Positions 29,301-40,139 of a DNA stretch of 64,000 bases are shown in pieces. The stretch spans positions 42,619 to 106,618 of the IMG/VR virus record IMGVR_UViG_3300037400_006004. One strand, 5' to 3'. The first letter of the stretch is position 1. Each line of letters opens with the position of its first letter. The notes beneath the pieces are model-generated. The model was given only the letters and a program-made list of their open reading frames with translations, had not been told where the DNA came from and did no database searches. Both the position numbers and the translations under genes were made by a program. The stretch comes from a virus. Lineage: Duplodnaviria; Caudoviricetes.

Positions 29301-32300
29301 ATGGCTAGTGAAATTACTTTAAAATATCTTCACCCTTCTATAAAGACATATATCACTACTGAGAACTATAAATATGACACTTCTGTTAGGAGAGAAGTTC
29401 TCTTTGTGGCAGACGTCTTTGATCATGGTAAAGATAATGTATTACAGGAAGTAAATACTCTTAGTGAATATTTATTTAAGTATGGTACTCCTAATCTTAA
29501 AAAGTTCGGTCAAGCTGGTTATAACGTTGAAAGATGGTTAACTAATGGTGGTTCTGCTGTTATTATGAGACTTCTTCCTGAAGATGCTTCTTATGCACAT
29601 GCAGTACTTAATATTCAATATAAGAATGCAACTAATGGTAAAACTGTTATAGATGCAAATGGTAATGATACTAAAATTAATGATGTTTATCTCAGACCTT
29701 TAGTAGCATATATTGGTGTTAATAATACTTCCGAAAAACTCTTAGAAAGTGAATTAGCTGAAGATCGTACAGGCTATCCTACTACAGATGGTTATATTGA
29801 TAACTTTATTTTTGCAGTATATCCAGAAGGAAGAGGTGAATATTACAACGATCTTGGTTTTAGAATTCGTTTAAATCCTTCTTATGATGGAGTTCTTACT
29901 TCCAGAGTTTATACCTTTGAAGTTATTAGATATACTTCTGACTCAACTTTCGATATCATTGATGGACCATATTTTGTAACATTTGATCCTGATGCAATTG
30001 ATCCTAATAGTCAAAAGTCTATGTTTATTGAAAATGTTGTTAATAGTTATTCTGATTATATTAAAGTTAAGTTTAACACAGATAATTATATTAAGCTTGC
30101 TTCTGTTATCAATGATGAAGTTGATCCTTATATTATTGATGTTATTAGTGGTCAGTCTAGAATTCTTCCTAGCGGTGAAAGAGAAACTTATTTTAGTACT
30201 GTTACTAATAAAGATGAAGATGTCCATGTTTCCTTAAGAAAATATTCTTCTAATGGAATTGCTCTTCAGGAAAATGGAGATTATATTTTAAATATTTCAA
30301 ATAATGATGAAACTACTTCTGATATTGTTGATATTGCTGATAATTCTCGTAGAGTTATTTATAATAATCAAAAATATGTAACTGATTATATGAGAGGTTA
30401 CTATAACTGGTTAATTCAAGACAGAATTCCACAAAATCTTAATAAAATTATCGCTGGTAATATTGAAAGCGGCTATTTAAATATGGGTGGTCTTCTTTTA
30501 GATAAAGTTGAAAACCTTATTTATGCTAATGAAAAGAACTCTGATCTTTATACTTATTCTTATGATAATGCGGAATTTTCTTCTAAATATGTAGGTAGAA
30601 AAACTTCTGAAACCGTAGCTCAAAATGCAAATAATGCTTGGTATCTTAGAACACAAGAGATTATTAACCCAGGCTTAAAAAATAAAGAAGGTAAATATGT
30701 TGGTAGTAAAATAGGTGGAGTTGTAACTACTGGTTATGAAAATGGAGACCAAGTATTTACATCTACTTCAGAAATGGCTGCAACAATTACACCTGATGGA
30801 TATATTGAAAAGACTAATCAGCATTTAATTAGTTATTATCATAATTTCATGAAGTATATTGAATTTGTAACTAATTATGACGTTTACAATAATTGTGGTT
30901 TTGTAATTTCAGAAGATTATCTTAATGCAGATAAATATTTTGAATCAGTTGACGATGAAGCTCCATTATATGCAATTTATTCTAGTAATGGTAGTACTGA
31001 TCTTTATAAGAATATTTATCATTTAGATAATGGTAATTTAGAAACTATTAAGAAAGAAAATTTCTTAAATGAAGGATATACTTCTATTTTTGACATGGTT
31101 CTTAAAAATCTCTACGGTGATAAAATTGTTGAAAATGGAGGAACTAGAACTGCTGAAGCATTTTGGAGTCCAGTTGGTACTGCTGGTATTGGTGAAGCAC
31201 CAGAAAATGCATTTAGTTATGCTAAAGAAGATGAGAATAAAATAGTTCTTTATCCAATGTTTATAGATGATACCTATACAGATAATGATTTATATATTCC
31301 AATTATTAATCTTAATACTTATAATGAAGATGGAATTATCAATGTATTAGGAGATTATATTAAAGTCGTTGATATAGTTGGTAATACTAGAATTCAACCA
31401 ATCAAAGGAACTACTTTAAGTGCTGGTAGTGTTGCATCTTCAAAATATTTAAGACCATATATTTTAGATTATCTTTATAATATTTCAACAGAACGTTACA
31501 ATGATAACGGAGTTCCTGCTGGATATACTGATAATTATTGCGTTATTAATACAGCTAAACCAGATACCTCTAAGATAAATATTGAAATTAATACAGATAT
31601 AACTCAAAATATGACAGATTTAGGTAATTTCTATTCTGTTGATGGTTATTATAAATTCTTATATAATATTGTAAACCATTTTGATGGTGATATTAATTAT
31701 AATGACTATTTAATTTTAGTTGATGGTAATAATGGAGTAATAGCTGATGTAGAAAATTATAATGATTATAAAGCTAAAAAAGATAACTTAAATTATATTG
31801 AAATTAAATTAACTGACGTTATTAAGTTTGTAAATGCAATAATTGCAGACACAATTAACGTTGAAGCAAGCACTGGTAGGGTTTATTATCCAAATTCTAC
31901 AAATAAATTTAATATGGTAAATATTTCTCTTACCGCATTTGATATGTGTTATGATAAAATAATTGGACCACCTGAAAAGATTCTTAAAACTAATGTTGGA
32001 AGAATTATTACTGATTTTTATTTTAAGAAAGATAATATTGGTAGTGGTATAAATGTATTTAACTCTGTTTTTGATGAAAGACTTAAAAATGGAAAATTAA
32101 CTAATTCATTTAATAAAGTAAACTCTTATGCTTCTTTAATTAGTAAAGAATTAGACGGAAAGGGTAAAGATACTATTATAGACGATATTACTACTAAGAA
32201 AATTGAAAATCTTGATTATAGTGATTATTCATTAACTACTATGCTTAATGTTTTCGTTGGTGGTTTTGAATCTATTGTTAATAATATGGGTTCTGTTACA

Positions 32301-34304
32301 GATTACTCTAATTATTCTTCACTTAAATATTTAATGAAGACTGTTAATAATAATCTTGATCTTAGATCAACTTATTTAACTCTTCTAAATGTACACAAGA
32401 ATAATATTCTTGATTTAAGTACTGATTTAGCTAAGGCTAATGCATCTGTTATTCTTGGCGAAGAAACTCTTGAAACACTTTACTCTGCAATGGATACTGT
32501 TGTAGCTGAAACTAACTATTTAATAACAAATATCATCTTTACAATTCTTAATAAGACATATACTATTTATGATCTTGAAACAATGTATAAAGCTACAGAT
32601 GGTACAACTCCATATACTTATTATTTTTCTGATAATATTCGTCCTGATGGAGAACTTAAATATAATGAAATTGAACAAATAGTCGATCCATTAGGTATTA
32701 ATAACAATCTTAATAATTATGGCAAGAAAGATGACAATACTCGTTATGTTGGTATTCTTCCACTTCTTGAAAAGATTCTTATTAATATTACAGGTCAAAA
32801 TCATTATGGAGAGAATAGAGACCCAATTTATGGTGGTCAAGCTCTTATCTCTATATATGATGATATTAAGAATGGTTATGTTCTTGGTGGTCTAACACAA
32901 GAAAGATATGAAACTATTTATAAAATTCTTTCTGAAAGTTTAGCTCAACTTATTGATATTCATAGTATTATTAACGTTTTAGTTAATGAAAAATATATAA
33001 CTGATATTATTAATACTTTAATTGGTACTATTGATATTAAAAATACTATTATTAAATATAATGGCTCAACTTATTCCGTTAATACTCTTTGGGATTTCTA
33101 TAATTCTGATGCGAATAATGGACAGCTTACTCAAACAGATGTAGTTAATCTTATTAACAATTCTCTTAAGATAAGCTTAAATACTCAGCCATTACCACTT
33201 AATAATGAAGAAGCAGATAGCGATCCAGTAATCAACTATCCTTATTCATGTAAAACTGATATCGAAGATACTATCAACATAGCTAAAGATAATAAAGATA
33301 TCGTACAAAATAATATTAATAAACAAGATAGAGTACTCGCTTCTCTTAATACTCTCTGTTATGATAACCTTGTTACTAATGTTACTGCTCCATTAAGTTT
33401 AATGGAAGGTTCTGATGGATCATTCGCTTATGATGATTCTACAACTGCAGCTCTTAAGGCTCGTCAGCATCGTATTAATGATATTCGTATCAAGGCTTAT
33501 AAGGGTACTTGGAATGAAGATGTTCTTAATAAGGATCTCTTCGAGTTTGATCATATCCTTGATGCTAACTATGAAGATCCAGTTAAGAATGCTATCGTTA
33601 CTCTTGCAAGAGATGAAAGACAAGACTTCTTCTACTGGGCTGACACTAAGATTCAAAATACAGTTCAAGATGCAATTGATTGGAAAACTGGCTTTACTAA
33701 TCAGACTTACTTTATGTCTATAATTTCTCAGTCTCAGGTTTGGTACGATGAATATACTTCTAGAAATATTAATCTTACTTCTACATATCTAATTGCAGAC
33801 ATGCTTTGCAGACATATCGACAGTTATGGTATTCATTATCCTATGGCTGGTTCTAGACGTGGTGTAGTTGGCGGATTTATTTCTAATGACTGGTATCCAA
33901 ACGAAGAGCAGAAAGAAAAGCTCTATAAGAATAAGATTAACTATCTTGAAAAGGATATTACAACTATTCGTATAGGTTCTCAAAATACTAATTATCCTAC
34001 TGGTCCTCTTGGACAGATTAACAATATGCTCGTTCTTCTTAGAATTAAGAGAACTGTTGAAAAGATTGCTAAGACATATCAGTTCGAATTCAATACTGCT
34101 GATACTAGAAGTGCAATGGCTGCTGAAATCAATGTTTACCTCGGTAACTGGATTAATAACGGTGCATGTACTGTTGCTACTGCTACAGTTTATGCTTCTG
34201 ATTATGATATCATCCAGAAGATTGTTCGTGTAGACGTAACACTTCAGTTCACTGGAGTTATTGAAAGAATCGTAATTAATATAGACTGTCCTGCATCTAT
34301 CTAA
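29301..34304 (+). CDS. tail sheath protein with very large insertion
   Basis: N-terminal YLHPSIKTYI and KYGTPN; C-terminal PMAGSRRGVV, LYKNKINYL and RVDVTLQFTGVIERIVINI sheath motifs; 1667 aa from MASEIT. Confidence 0.9.
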   Translation: MASEITLKYLHPSIKTYITTENYKYDTSVRREVLFVADVFDHGKDNVLQEVNTLSEYLFKYGTPNLKKFGQAGYNVERWLTNGGSAVIMRLLPEDASYAHAVLNIQYKNATNGKTVIDANGNDTKINDVYLRPLVAYIGVNNTSEKLLESELAEDRTGYPTTDGYIDNFIFAVYPEGRGEYYNDLGFRIRLNPSYDGVLTSRVYTFEVIRYTSDSTFDIIDGPYFVTFDPDAIDPNSQKSMFIENVVNSYSDYIKVKFNTDNYIKLASVINDEVDPYIIDVISGQSRILPSGERETYFSTVTNKDEDVHVSLRKYSSNGIALQENGDYILNISNNDETTSDIVDIADNSRRVIYNNQKYVTDYMRGYYNWLIQDRIPQNLNKIIAGNIESGYLNMGGLLLDKVENLIYANEKNSDLYTYSYDNAEFSSKYVGRKTSETVAQNANNAWYLRTQEIINPGLKNKEGKYVGSKIGGVVTTGYENGDQVFTSTSEMAATITPDGYIEKTNQHLISYYHNFMKYIEFVTNYDVYNNCGFVISEDYLNADKYFESVDDEAPLYAIYSSNGSTDLYKNIYHLDNGNLETIKKENFLNEGYTSIFDMVLKNLYGDKIVENGGTRTAEAFWSPVGTAGIGEAPENAFSYAKEDENKIVLYPMFIDDTYTDNDLYIPIINLNTYNEDGIINVLGDYIKVVDIVGNTRIQPIKGTTLSAGSVASSKYLRPYILDYLYNISTERYNDNGVPAGYTDNYCVINTAKPDTSKINIEINTDITQNMTDLGNFYSVDGYYKFLYNIVNHFDGDINYNDYLILVDGNNGVIADVENYNDYKAKKDNLNYIEIKLTDVIKFVNAIIADTINVEASTGRVYYPNSTNKFNMVNISLTAFDMCYDKIIGPPEKILKTNVGRIITDFYFKKDNIGSGINVFNSVFDERLKNGKLTNSFNKVNSYASLISKELDGKGKDTIIDDITTKKIENLDYSDYSLTTMLNVFVGGFESIVNNMGSVTDYSNYSSLKYLMKTVNNNLDLRSTYLTLLNVHKNNILDLSTDLAKANASVILGEETLETLYSAMDTVVAETNYLITNIIFTILNKTYTIYDLETMYKATDGTTPYTYYFSDNIRPDGELKYNEIEQIVDPLGINNNLNNYGKKDDNTRYVGILPLLEKILINITGQNHYGENRDPIYGGQALISIYDDIKNGYVLGGLTQERYETIYKILSESLAQLIDIHSIINVLVNEKYITDIINTLIGTIDIKNTIIKYNGSTYSVNTLWDFYNSDANNGQLTQTDVVNLINNSLKISLNTQPLPLNNEEADSDPVINYPYSCKTDIEDTINIAKDNKDIVQNNINKQDRVLASLNTLCYDNLVTNVTAPLSLMEGSDGSFAYDDSTTAALKARQHRINDIRIKAYKGTWNEDVLNKDLFEFDHILDANYEDPVKNAIVTLARDERQDFFYWADTKIQNTVQDAIDWKTGFTNQTYFMSIISQSQVWYDEYTSRNINLTSTYLIADMLCRHIDSYGIHYPMAGSRRGVVGGFISNDWYPNEEQKEKLYKNKINYLEKDITTIRIGSQNTNYPTGPLGQINNMLVLLRIKRTVEKIAKTYQFEFNTADTRSAMAAEINVYLGNWINNGACTVATATVYASDYDIIQKIVRVDVTLQFTGVIERIVINIDCPASI

Positions 34305-34378
34305 CATATAAATAATTAAGGAGTCAAGATTGACTCTTGACTCCTTATTTTACTTTACTATGAAAGGAGATAACTATT

Positions 34379-35296
34379 ATGTTAATACCTGGTAAACAAA
34401 TTAACATTTTCGATATGGATGAGAGCAGAGTTCAGGGCAGCTGGTTTACTGGTAAAATGAATACTCAGAAGCTTGACTTCGATCCACTTGTTACTGGTTA
34501 TGCATTTATCATTTGGACAAAGTTACCTTTCTGGGTTCAGAAGACTTATACCAACTTTGCGGATATGACACAGAAGAATTTTAAGTCTTTTGACGGTCTT
34601 GCAAATATGGAATTACAGACTGCTCAGTACACTCATACATTTAATGCTAATAGCTATGAATACGCTACTTCTATTCAGAAACAAAATACTAACTTTACTA
34701 TCAAGCATCAGGAATTCTCTGGTAACCCAATTAAGAATATGTATCAGTTCTGGATTACTGGTATTCGTGACCCTGAAACTGATATTGCAGTTTATCCAAG
34801 AGCATTTGGTTGTACTTATGGTGCTAAGAATCACACTGGTGAACTTTTATATATCGTTACACGTCCTGACGCAAATAACGTTGAAAGAAATAATATTGAG
34901 TTTGCTGCTTATTATACTGCAGTAATGCCTACAACCTTACCAATTCAGCATTTTGCTTATAACCAAGGTGACCATAATTCACCTGAAATTGATATTAACT
35001 TCGTTGGTGACCTTCACTTAGGTCCAGAGGTTGATAACTATGCTGCTGAAGTTCTTCAAGATCAGCATGTTACTATTGCTAGACCTTATCCTATTCTTAC
35101 TACTGCCGATTTTGATCCTAGCAACAGAGATTATAAAGATAGCATGGCTACACCTGATACTACTCTTAATAGTCTTCCTACTGGTGGCTGGAACAAGCTT
35201 AACGATGGTCTTCAGATTGAAATTGGTGATGAAAAGATGCGTGCTCCTGCATGGGATGCTACATCAGGAACTAATTCAAATAATAACGGTTTATAA
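34379..35296 (+). CDS. tail tube protein
   Basis: Immediately downstream of the sheath; highly expressed codon bias; YQFWITGIRDPET and YYTAVMPT tube-like motifs. Confidence 0.8.
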   Translation: MLIPGKQINIFDMDESRVQGSWFTGKMNTQKLDFDPLVTGYAFIIWTKLPFWVQKTYTNFADMTQKNFKSFDGLANMELQTAQYTHTFNANSYEYATSIQKQNTNFTIKHQEFSGNPIKNMYQFWITGIRDPETDIAVYPRAFGCTYGAKNHTGELLYIVTRPDANNVERNNIEFAAYYTAVMPTTLPIQHFAYNQGDHNSPEIDINFVGDLHLGPEVDNYAAEVLQDQHVTIARPYPILTTADFDPSNRDYKDSMATPDTTLNSLPTGGWNKLNDGLQIEIGDEKMRAPAWDATSGTNSNNNGL

Positions 35297-35338
35297 AAAT
35301 ATATCCCTAAGACTTTTATAGTCTTAGGGGTTTTTATT

Positions 35339-36199
35339 TTAATAATCATCTTCTTCTAACATATCTAGTTCATTTTTTTGTTTTGCTTCAGGATTAAAGT
35401 TAATATTCTTTTCAATTCCATCACTCATTGCTTCTTGATCTACTTCTTTAAAGATTTCATCATAAGAATCCCATTCAAGTGAAGGTAAGAAATGTTTCTT
35501 ATAGATTTTCTTCTTAAAGCTAGCTTTTTTAAGTTCATAATCATATCCTAAACCAGCTTGTCCTGTTGGATCTTCTGGATAATAAGTAGTAGTAATAAAT
35601 TCTGCCATTTGCTGTGCATTTTGAACTTGTTCATTCATGTTACCTAATACTAAGTAAATAGGTGTTGGGAATCTAAGTTCAAGTTCTTCTATATTAATAC
35701 TAAGATAAGAATTCTTTTTAGTTTTAGTAGCTTTAGTTCTCTTCTTTTTCTTTTCAGCCTTATCTTGAATAAATTCATTCTTATAAAGCTCTCTAATAAT
35801 TTTACTATAAAACTGACCGAATTCTTCTTGGTCGTTAATAATAGCTCTTACAAATGGGTTATTAGTCATTGTAAGTGATCTAGCAAAATCAATTTCTGCT
35901 GTAGAATCAATATAATTATAAGGTACGTTCATACCTGTAATAATTGATTTTAAAAGCATTTGAGTAAACTCATTTTCCATTTCTACATCCATACCTGGAA
36001 CTGTATCAATTTCAACACTTCTTTGTCCATCTACAGTAGGAATATAGTAATCTTCAAATGCTCCAACACTATTTAAAATAGTCGTGATATTTTTAAGATA
36101 ACCAGAAGTCAATTCCTTAGATTTAATATCACGAATAAATCCTTGGATTGCTCCTTCCATATCATCATCAAGACCTGTTTCGACATAAAATGCACGTTT
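35339..36199 (-). CDS. portal protein, exon 2
   Basis: KRAFYVETG, EDYYIP...RSVEIDTVPG and MNVPYNY parallel T4 gp20 motifs RRVFYID, EDYWL, TEVxTLPG and LRVPxSR. Confidence 0.85.
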   Translation of the reverse strand, partial: KRAFYVETGLDDDMEGAIQGFIRDIKSKELTSGYLKNITTILNSVGAFEDYYIPTVDGQRSVEIDTVPGMDVEMENEFTQMLLKSIITGMNVPYNYIDSTAEIDFARSLTMTNNPFVRAIINDQEEFGQFYSKIIRELYKNEFIQDKAEKKKKRTKATKTKKNSYLSINIEELELRFPTPIYLVLGNMNEQVQNAQQMAEFITTTYYPEDPTGQAGLGYDYELKKASFKKKIYKKHFLPSLEWDSYDEIFKEVDQEAMSDGIEKNINFNPEAKQKNELDMLEEDDY

Positions 36200-37580
36200 C
36201 AAATATCTTCATATAGATTCGCTACATCTATATCGTTCACTTAAGAACTGCTCTATGTCACCATAGACGACTGTTGAATTTCACAACAGAAGGAATCATT
36301 TCAGATTCGTTGAGACTATATCTTCACCAATATCTAAAAGACTTAGGTGTTTCGCATAGGACTACGCTTGTAGCCACTTAGTCGTTGAACTTAATTAAAA
36401 TCTCTTCAGTTAAAATTTTGTCTATATTTTTAAAAGAAGTATAAGGTATTCTTAAAAGATAAATGTTATTATTTTTACAAAAATCATTTTTTATTTTATC
36501 TCTTTTATGCTGCTCTAATAATTCTTTTTCATTGTTGTAAAATTTAGTTTCAAAATGTTGTGAACCATCAAATTCAATACAAGTATTAATAGATGGAATA
36601 TAAAAATCAAAACGTAAAGGTTTTTTATATTTACAATTTTCAAAAATATATTCATCTTTATAATCTATTTTATTTTTCTTTAAAAACTTTTCAATTTTTA
36701 ATTCTCCTTCAGATTTATTTTTAGTTTTATTACAAATAGGACATCTAGAACCTTGTAAAAAATGATCAATTGTCATACTAAAATTATTATTACATTTATT
36801 ATGTTTAAAATTTACTTTATTTTTACAATTTATATAGTCATTTTCTAATAAAGTATATTCATTTCCAACTATTTCAAAAATTTCATTTTTAATTATTGTT
36901 ATATCTTTTTTAGGATGTCTACAACAATAAGGACAACGGTTACCTTGTAAAAAATGAGTTGGAGTAACAGAATATTCTTTCTTGCATTTATTATGTTTTA
37001 TAATAACTTTAGTTTTATTGTTTTTATATTCACTTTTTAATTCATATTCATTATTTGTAATAGATTTTATTTTTAAATTAAAAGAGTCAGTATTATATTT
37101 AACTTTATTAGAACAGAATGGACATTTTCCTTTTTTTGCTAAAAGATTTGAAGGAGAAATATCCCAAATATAGTTACATATATTATGCTTAATTGAAATT
37201 TTTGTAGAATTATTTTTATATTTACCTAATACAGTATATTCATTATTTAATTTATCATATACGTCTTTTTCAAATTGTTCTTGTGTTTTCTTTGGAATCA
37301 TTATTATACAACCTTTCATGAGTATTTTATATAATAATGTTCCTTAACTTAATAAAATTTTAATTAAGATGCTGGTTGTCTATTATAAATAGCACTTAGG
37401 ACTCTGTTTTACAGAGCTTTTATTTCACCTTATGCTATCTTGAAGATTTTTTATGTCTTTCGACTGCCATTCACGCTTAGAATCACTTCTTACGTTGTAG
37501 CTCTTCAAGCTTTAAGAGTTTCCAGCAATTAACGAAATATTTTTTCGCTCAGAATTTCTTCTAAACGGAGACTAACGTTA
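36200..37580 (-). mobile_element. group I self-splicing intron in the portal gene
   Basis: P1 GAGAU|UAACGUUA-GUCUC with U.G pair at the 5' splice site; core R element UCAACGACUA and S element AAGAUAUAGUCU; terminal G before AAA; splicing restores the reading frame. Confidence 0.92.
36378..37301 (-). CDS. intron-encoded homing endonuclease (Zn-ribbon repeats plus Vsr-like PD-(D/E)xK/EDxHD domain)
   Basis: Three HNxC...CPxC repeats; SEGE...LRFDFYIP...IEFDGSQH; its stop codon overlaps the P7 core element; own late promoter at 37328-37341. Confidence 0.85.
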   Translation of the reverse strand: MIPKKTQEQFEKDVYDKLNNEYTVLGKYKNNSTKISIKHNICNYIWDISPSNLLAKKGKCPFCSNKVKYNTDSFNLKIKSITNNEYELKSEYKNNKTKVIIKHNKCKKEYSVTPTHFLQGNRCPYCCRHPKKDITIIKNEIFEIVGNEYTLLENDYINCKNKVNFKHNKCNNNFSMTIDHFLQGSRCPICNKTKNKSEGELKIEKFLKKNKIDYKDEYIFENCKYKKPLRFDFYIPSINTCIEFDGSQHFETKFYNNEKELLEQHKRDKIKNDFCKNNNIYLLRIPYTSFKNIDKILTEEILIKFND

Positions 37581-39200
37581 ATCTCTACCTCTAATAACCT
37601 TCTGCATTAAATTAGTTAATAGATGACTTAAATAAATCTTACAGAAGAATACACTCTTACTAATTTTACTAACACCATATAAATCAGTGCTGCTAAGTTT
37701 AAGATGATGAATATACTGAGGTTCAATAAATGTCATCTTAACCTCTTTTTTAGTAATATATTCTTCATGTACTAATGTATAGATAAGATCTTTAAACTCT
37801 TGATTTCTCATTAAGAAATCTTTATTAACTTTCTTTGAAATACCCTTAACAAAGATTTGAGAAATTAAAGCATACTTAGATTTAATTTGTGTCTGATCTC
37901 TATTTAAATAGTCATATCTTGAGTTAAATACATCATTAGATCCATAACCAAGACTATCAGATGTATTAATAGATGAACCAGTATTACCACTTCTTAATGA
38001 GTTAGGATTAGAATTTCTCTGACCCTGTCTATCATGTTGAAGGTTAATATTATTCTTTTCAATATAAATATATCCAAGAATTTGTCCATCTAATTCAAGA
38101 ACTACAATATTTTCAGGTGGTAATTTTTTAAAGATACTACCATTAAGTTGTAAATTTTTTAAATCTTTAGATTTTTCAGATTCTTTCTTTTTCTCAGAAA
38201 GAATATCAGTAGGATCTTTATAGAATTTAATATTATTATTAATAGAATCAATAATATCTTTCTTAGCTTGTTCTATAGTTTGTTTCTTTTCTTTAGCTCT
38301 ATTTGATTCTTCATTTAAATAAAAATCTCCTTCAAATAGTGCTTTAAACTCAGCATCATCATCAAAATCCATAGATTCTTCAGTAATAGCTGTTCCATAT
38401 TTATCTTCTTCAAAATCAAAAGATTCAGTAACACCGTCTTCTTTAAATATTTTAGTAAAACCAACATTATATGGCATTAATAAATAAAATAAATCACCTA
38501 ACTGACAGCCTTCACGAATATCAGTTCTTATAATCTTTTTAAGATCATAAAGTTTTTCTAACTCTTGTAAATTATTAAAAATATATTTAGTCTCAGAATC
38601 TTCTTCTGAAGATATATTAGTATCATCATAAAAATAATTTAAAGATCTCTTAGTTAAATCATCAGGAGAAAGAATACAGTCTCTAAATAAATCAAGACAT
38701 TTAGAAACTTCAGGAATATATGCGTCAATAAGTCTAAAGTCTTCATATTTAAAGAATCTATCTTTTTCTTCTAAAAAAAATTCACCATTAGAATTTTTTA
38801 ATAATGACTCTAACTTTTTAATTCTTCCATTCTTACCATTAAACTTAGCTTTTTCAGCTGGATCATTAGATTTATTATCCATTTCAACTCTATTTAAGAA
38901 TTCCATTGGATTTGCACCGATTGTCGGCTTATATTTATTATTTATAGCTTCTAATCTTTTTTCTAATGCTAAAGTTGGATCATTTTCAGTATTATTAATT
39001 TGATTTATAGTATTTTCATATCCACCAAATAAAGCAGAATTAATATTTTGATCTTGTGTAATTAAATTATCTTTTATTTTCTGCTGTTGTTTAGGTACTT
39101 TTGTAAATTTATTATTTCCTCCTAGTCTATTAAGAAAACCTCTTCTAGTTTTAATATCTTTTTCTAGCTGTTCAGATTGCTTTTTATCTTCATTAGCCAT
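37581..39200 (-). CDS. portal protein, exon 1
   Basis: PEVSKCLD...DCILSPD; ends KVIRGRD and joins KRAFYVE of exon 2; spliced product 826 aa. Confidence 0.85.
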
Positions 39201-39257
39201 TATAATTCACCGTCCTTTATAAAAAAAAAAGAAGGCCAGATATTGGCCTTCTTAATT

Positions 39258-40025
39258 TTAAAAATCACATATCATAAAATGATGTTCTATAGTATCATTG
39301 TTTTTAAGAAAAACTACAAGGTCTATATCAAAATAATTACCGCCCATAGCTTCATTAAGATAGATTTTAATAGGTGTATATTCTTTTACTGGACCTTTCT
39401 TTAATTCTTTAATTTTATAAGAGATACCATTAATAAACTTTTTGGTAATAAAGAACTCTAAATATGATTCAATTTCATCAAGGTTAACTTTATCTTTAAT
39501 ATAAATATTTTCATTATCAACATCTAAAATAAGATGTACTAGCTTTTTAGTATCAACATTTGCAATATTATTTATAATTTCTTCTGGGAAATTAAACTCA
39601 CACATATAGTCATCACCGTCATAATGTCTTACATTTCCCATATACTCTTGCTCTTTATCAAGAATCTTAGAAAATAATTTTTCATTCTTTTTTAGCGAGA
39701 AAATACTACAATTGTTAGCATAAAAAACAATTGAGTTTTCATTAATATCAATCTTAGTAATACTATTTTTAACAGAAGACTCTTTAAAAACTTTAAAGAA
39801 ATCACCAGAATCAACAGTTACATAAAATTCTCCTTTAAAAGGTTCTTTAAAATTATACTGAATAATTTCTGGAATACAATCTTCATCTGCATATAAAGCC
39901 ATACCATGATTTAAGATATATACTGGAAAGAAGTTTGGTTCATCTTTATATATAGATTTCATTAATTGATTCACATCATATAATTTTTTAATGAAATCTT
40001 TAACATCTTTTCCTGTTATCGTCAT
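39258..40025 (-). CDS. hypothetical protein, possible replication accessory factor
   Basis: Start MTITG (SD GGAGG); alpha/beta protein next to the DNA polymerase. Confidence 0.55.
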   Translation of the reverse strand: MTITGKDVKDFIKKLYDVNQLMKSIYKDEPNFFPVYILNHGMALYADEDCIPEIIQYNFKEPFKGEFYVTVDSGDFFKVFKESSVKNSITKIDINENSIVFYANNCSIFSLKKNEKLFSKILDKEQEYMGNVRHYDGDDYMCEFNFPEEIINNIANVDTKKLVHLILDVDNENIYIKDKVNLDEIESYLEFFITKKFINGISYKIKELKKGPVKEYTPIKIYLNEAMGGNYFDIDLVVFLKNNDTIEHHFMICDF

Positions 40026-40139
40026 AAACATACCTCCAAAACAATTCATTAGGTTAATTATTTTAGCCTAGTTTACTCCTTTATTTATTATATCATTTGT
40101 TTTAACCCCTAAGACAGAAGTCTTAGGGGTCTTTTTATT

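Noticed and set aside
33415-35321. Overlapping alternative-frame and antisense ORFs in sheath and tube genes (and similar short ORFs elsewhere in the track)
   Set aside because: By-products of codon bias; no SD or promoter support
35339-36202. Independent gene starting at TTG 36202
   Set aside because: The G of that TTG is the intron's terminal G; the ORF is portal exon 2
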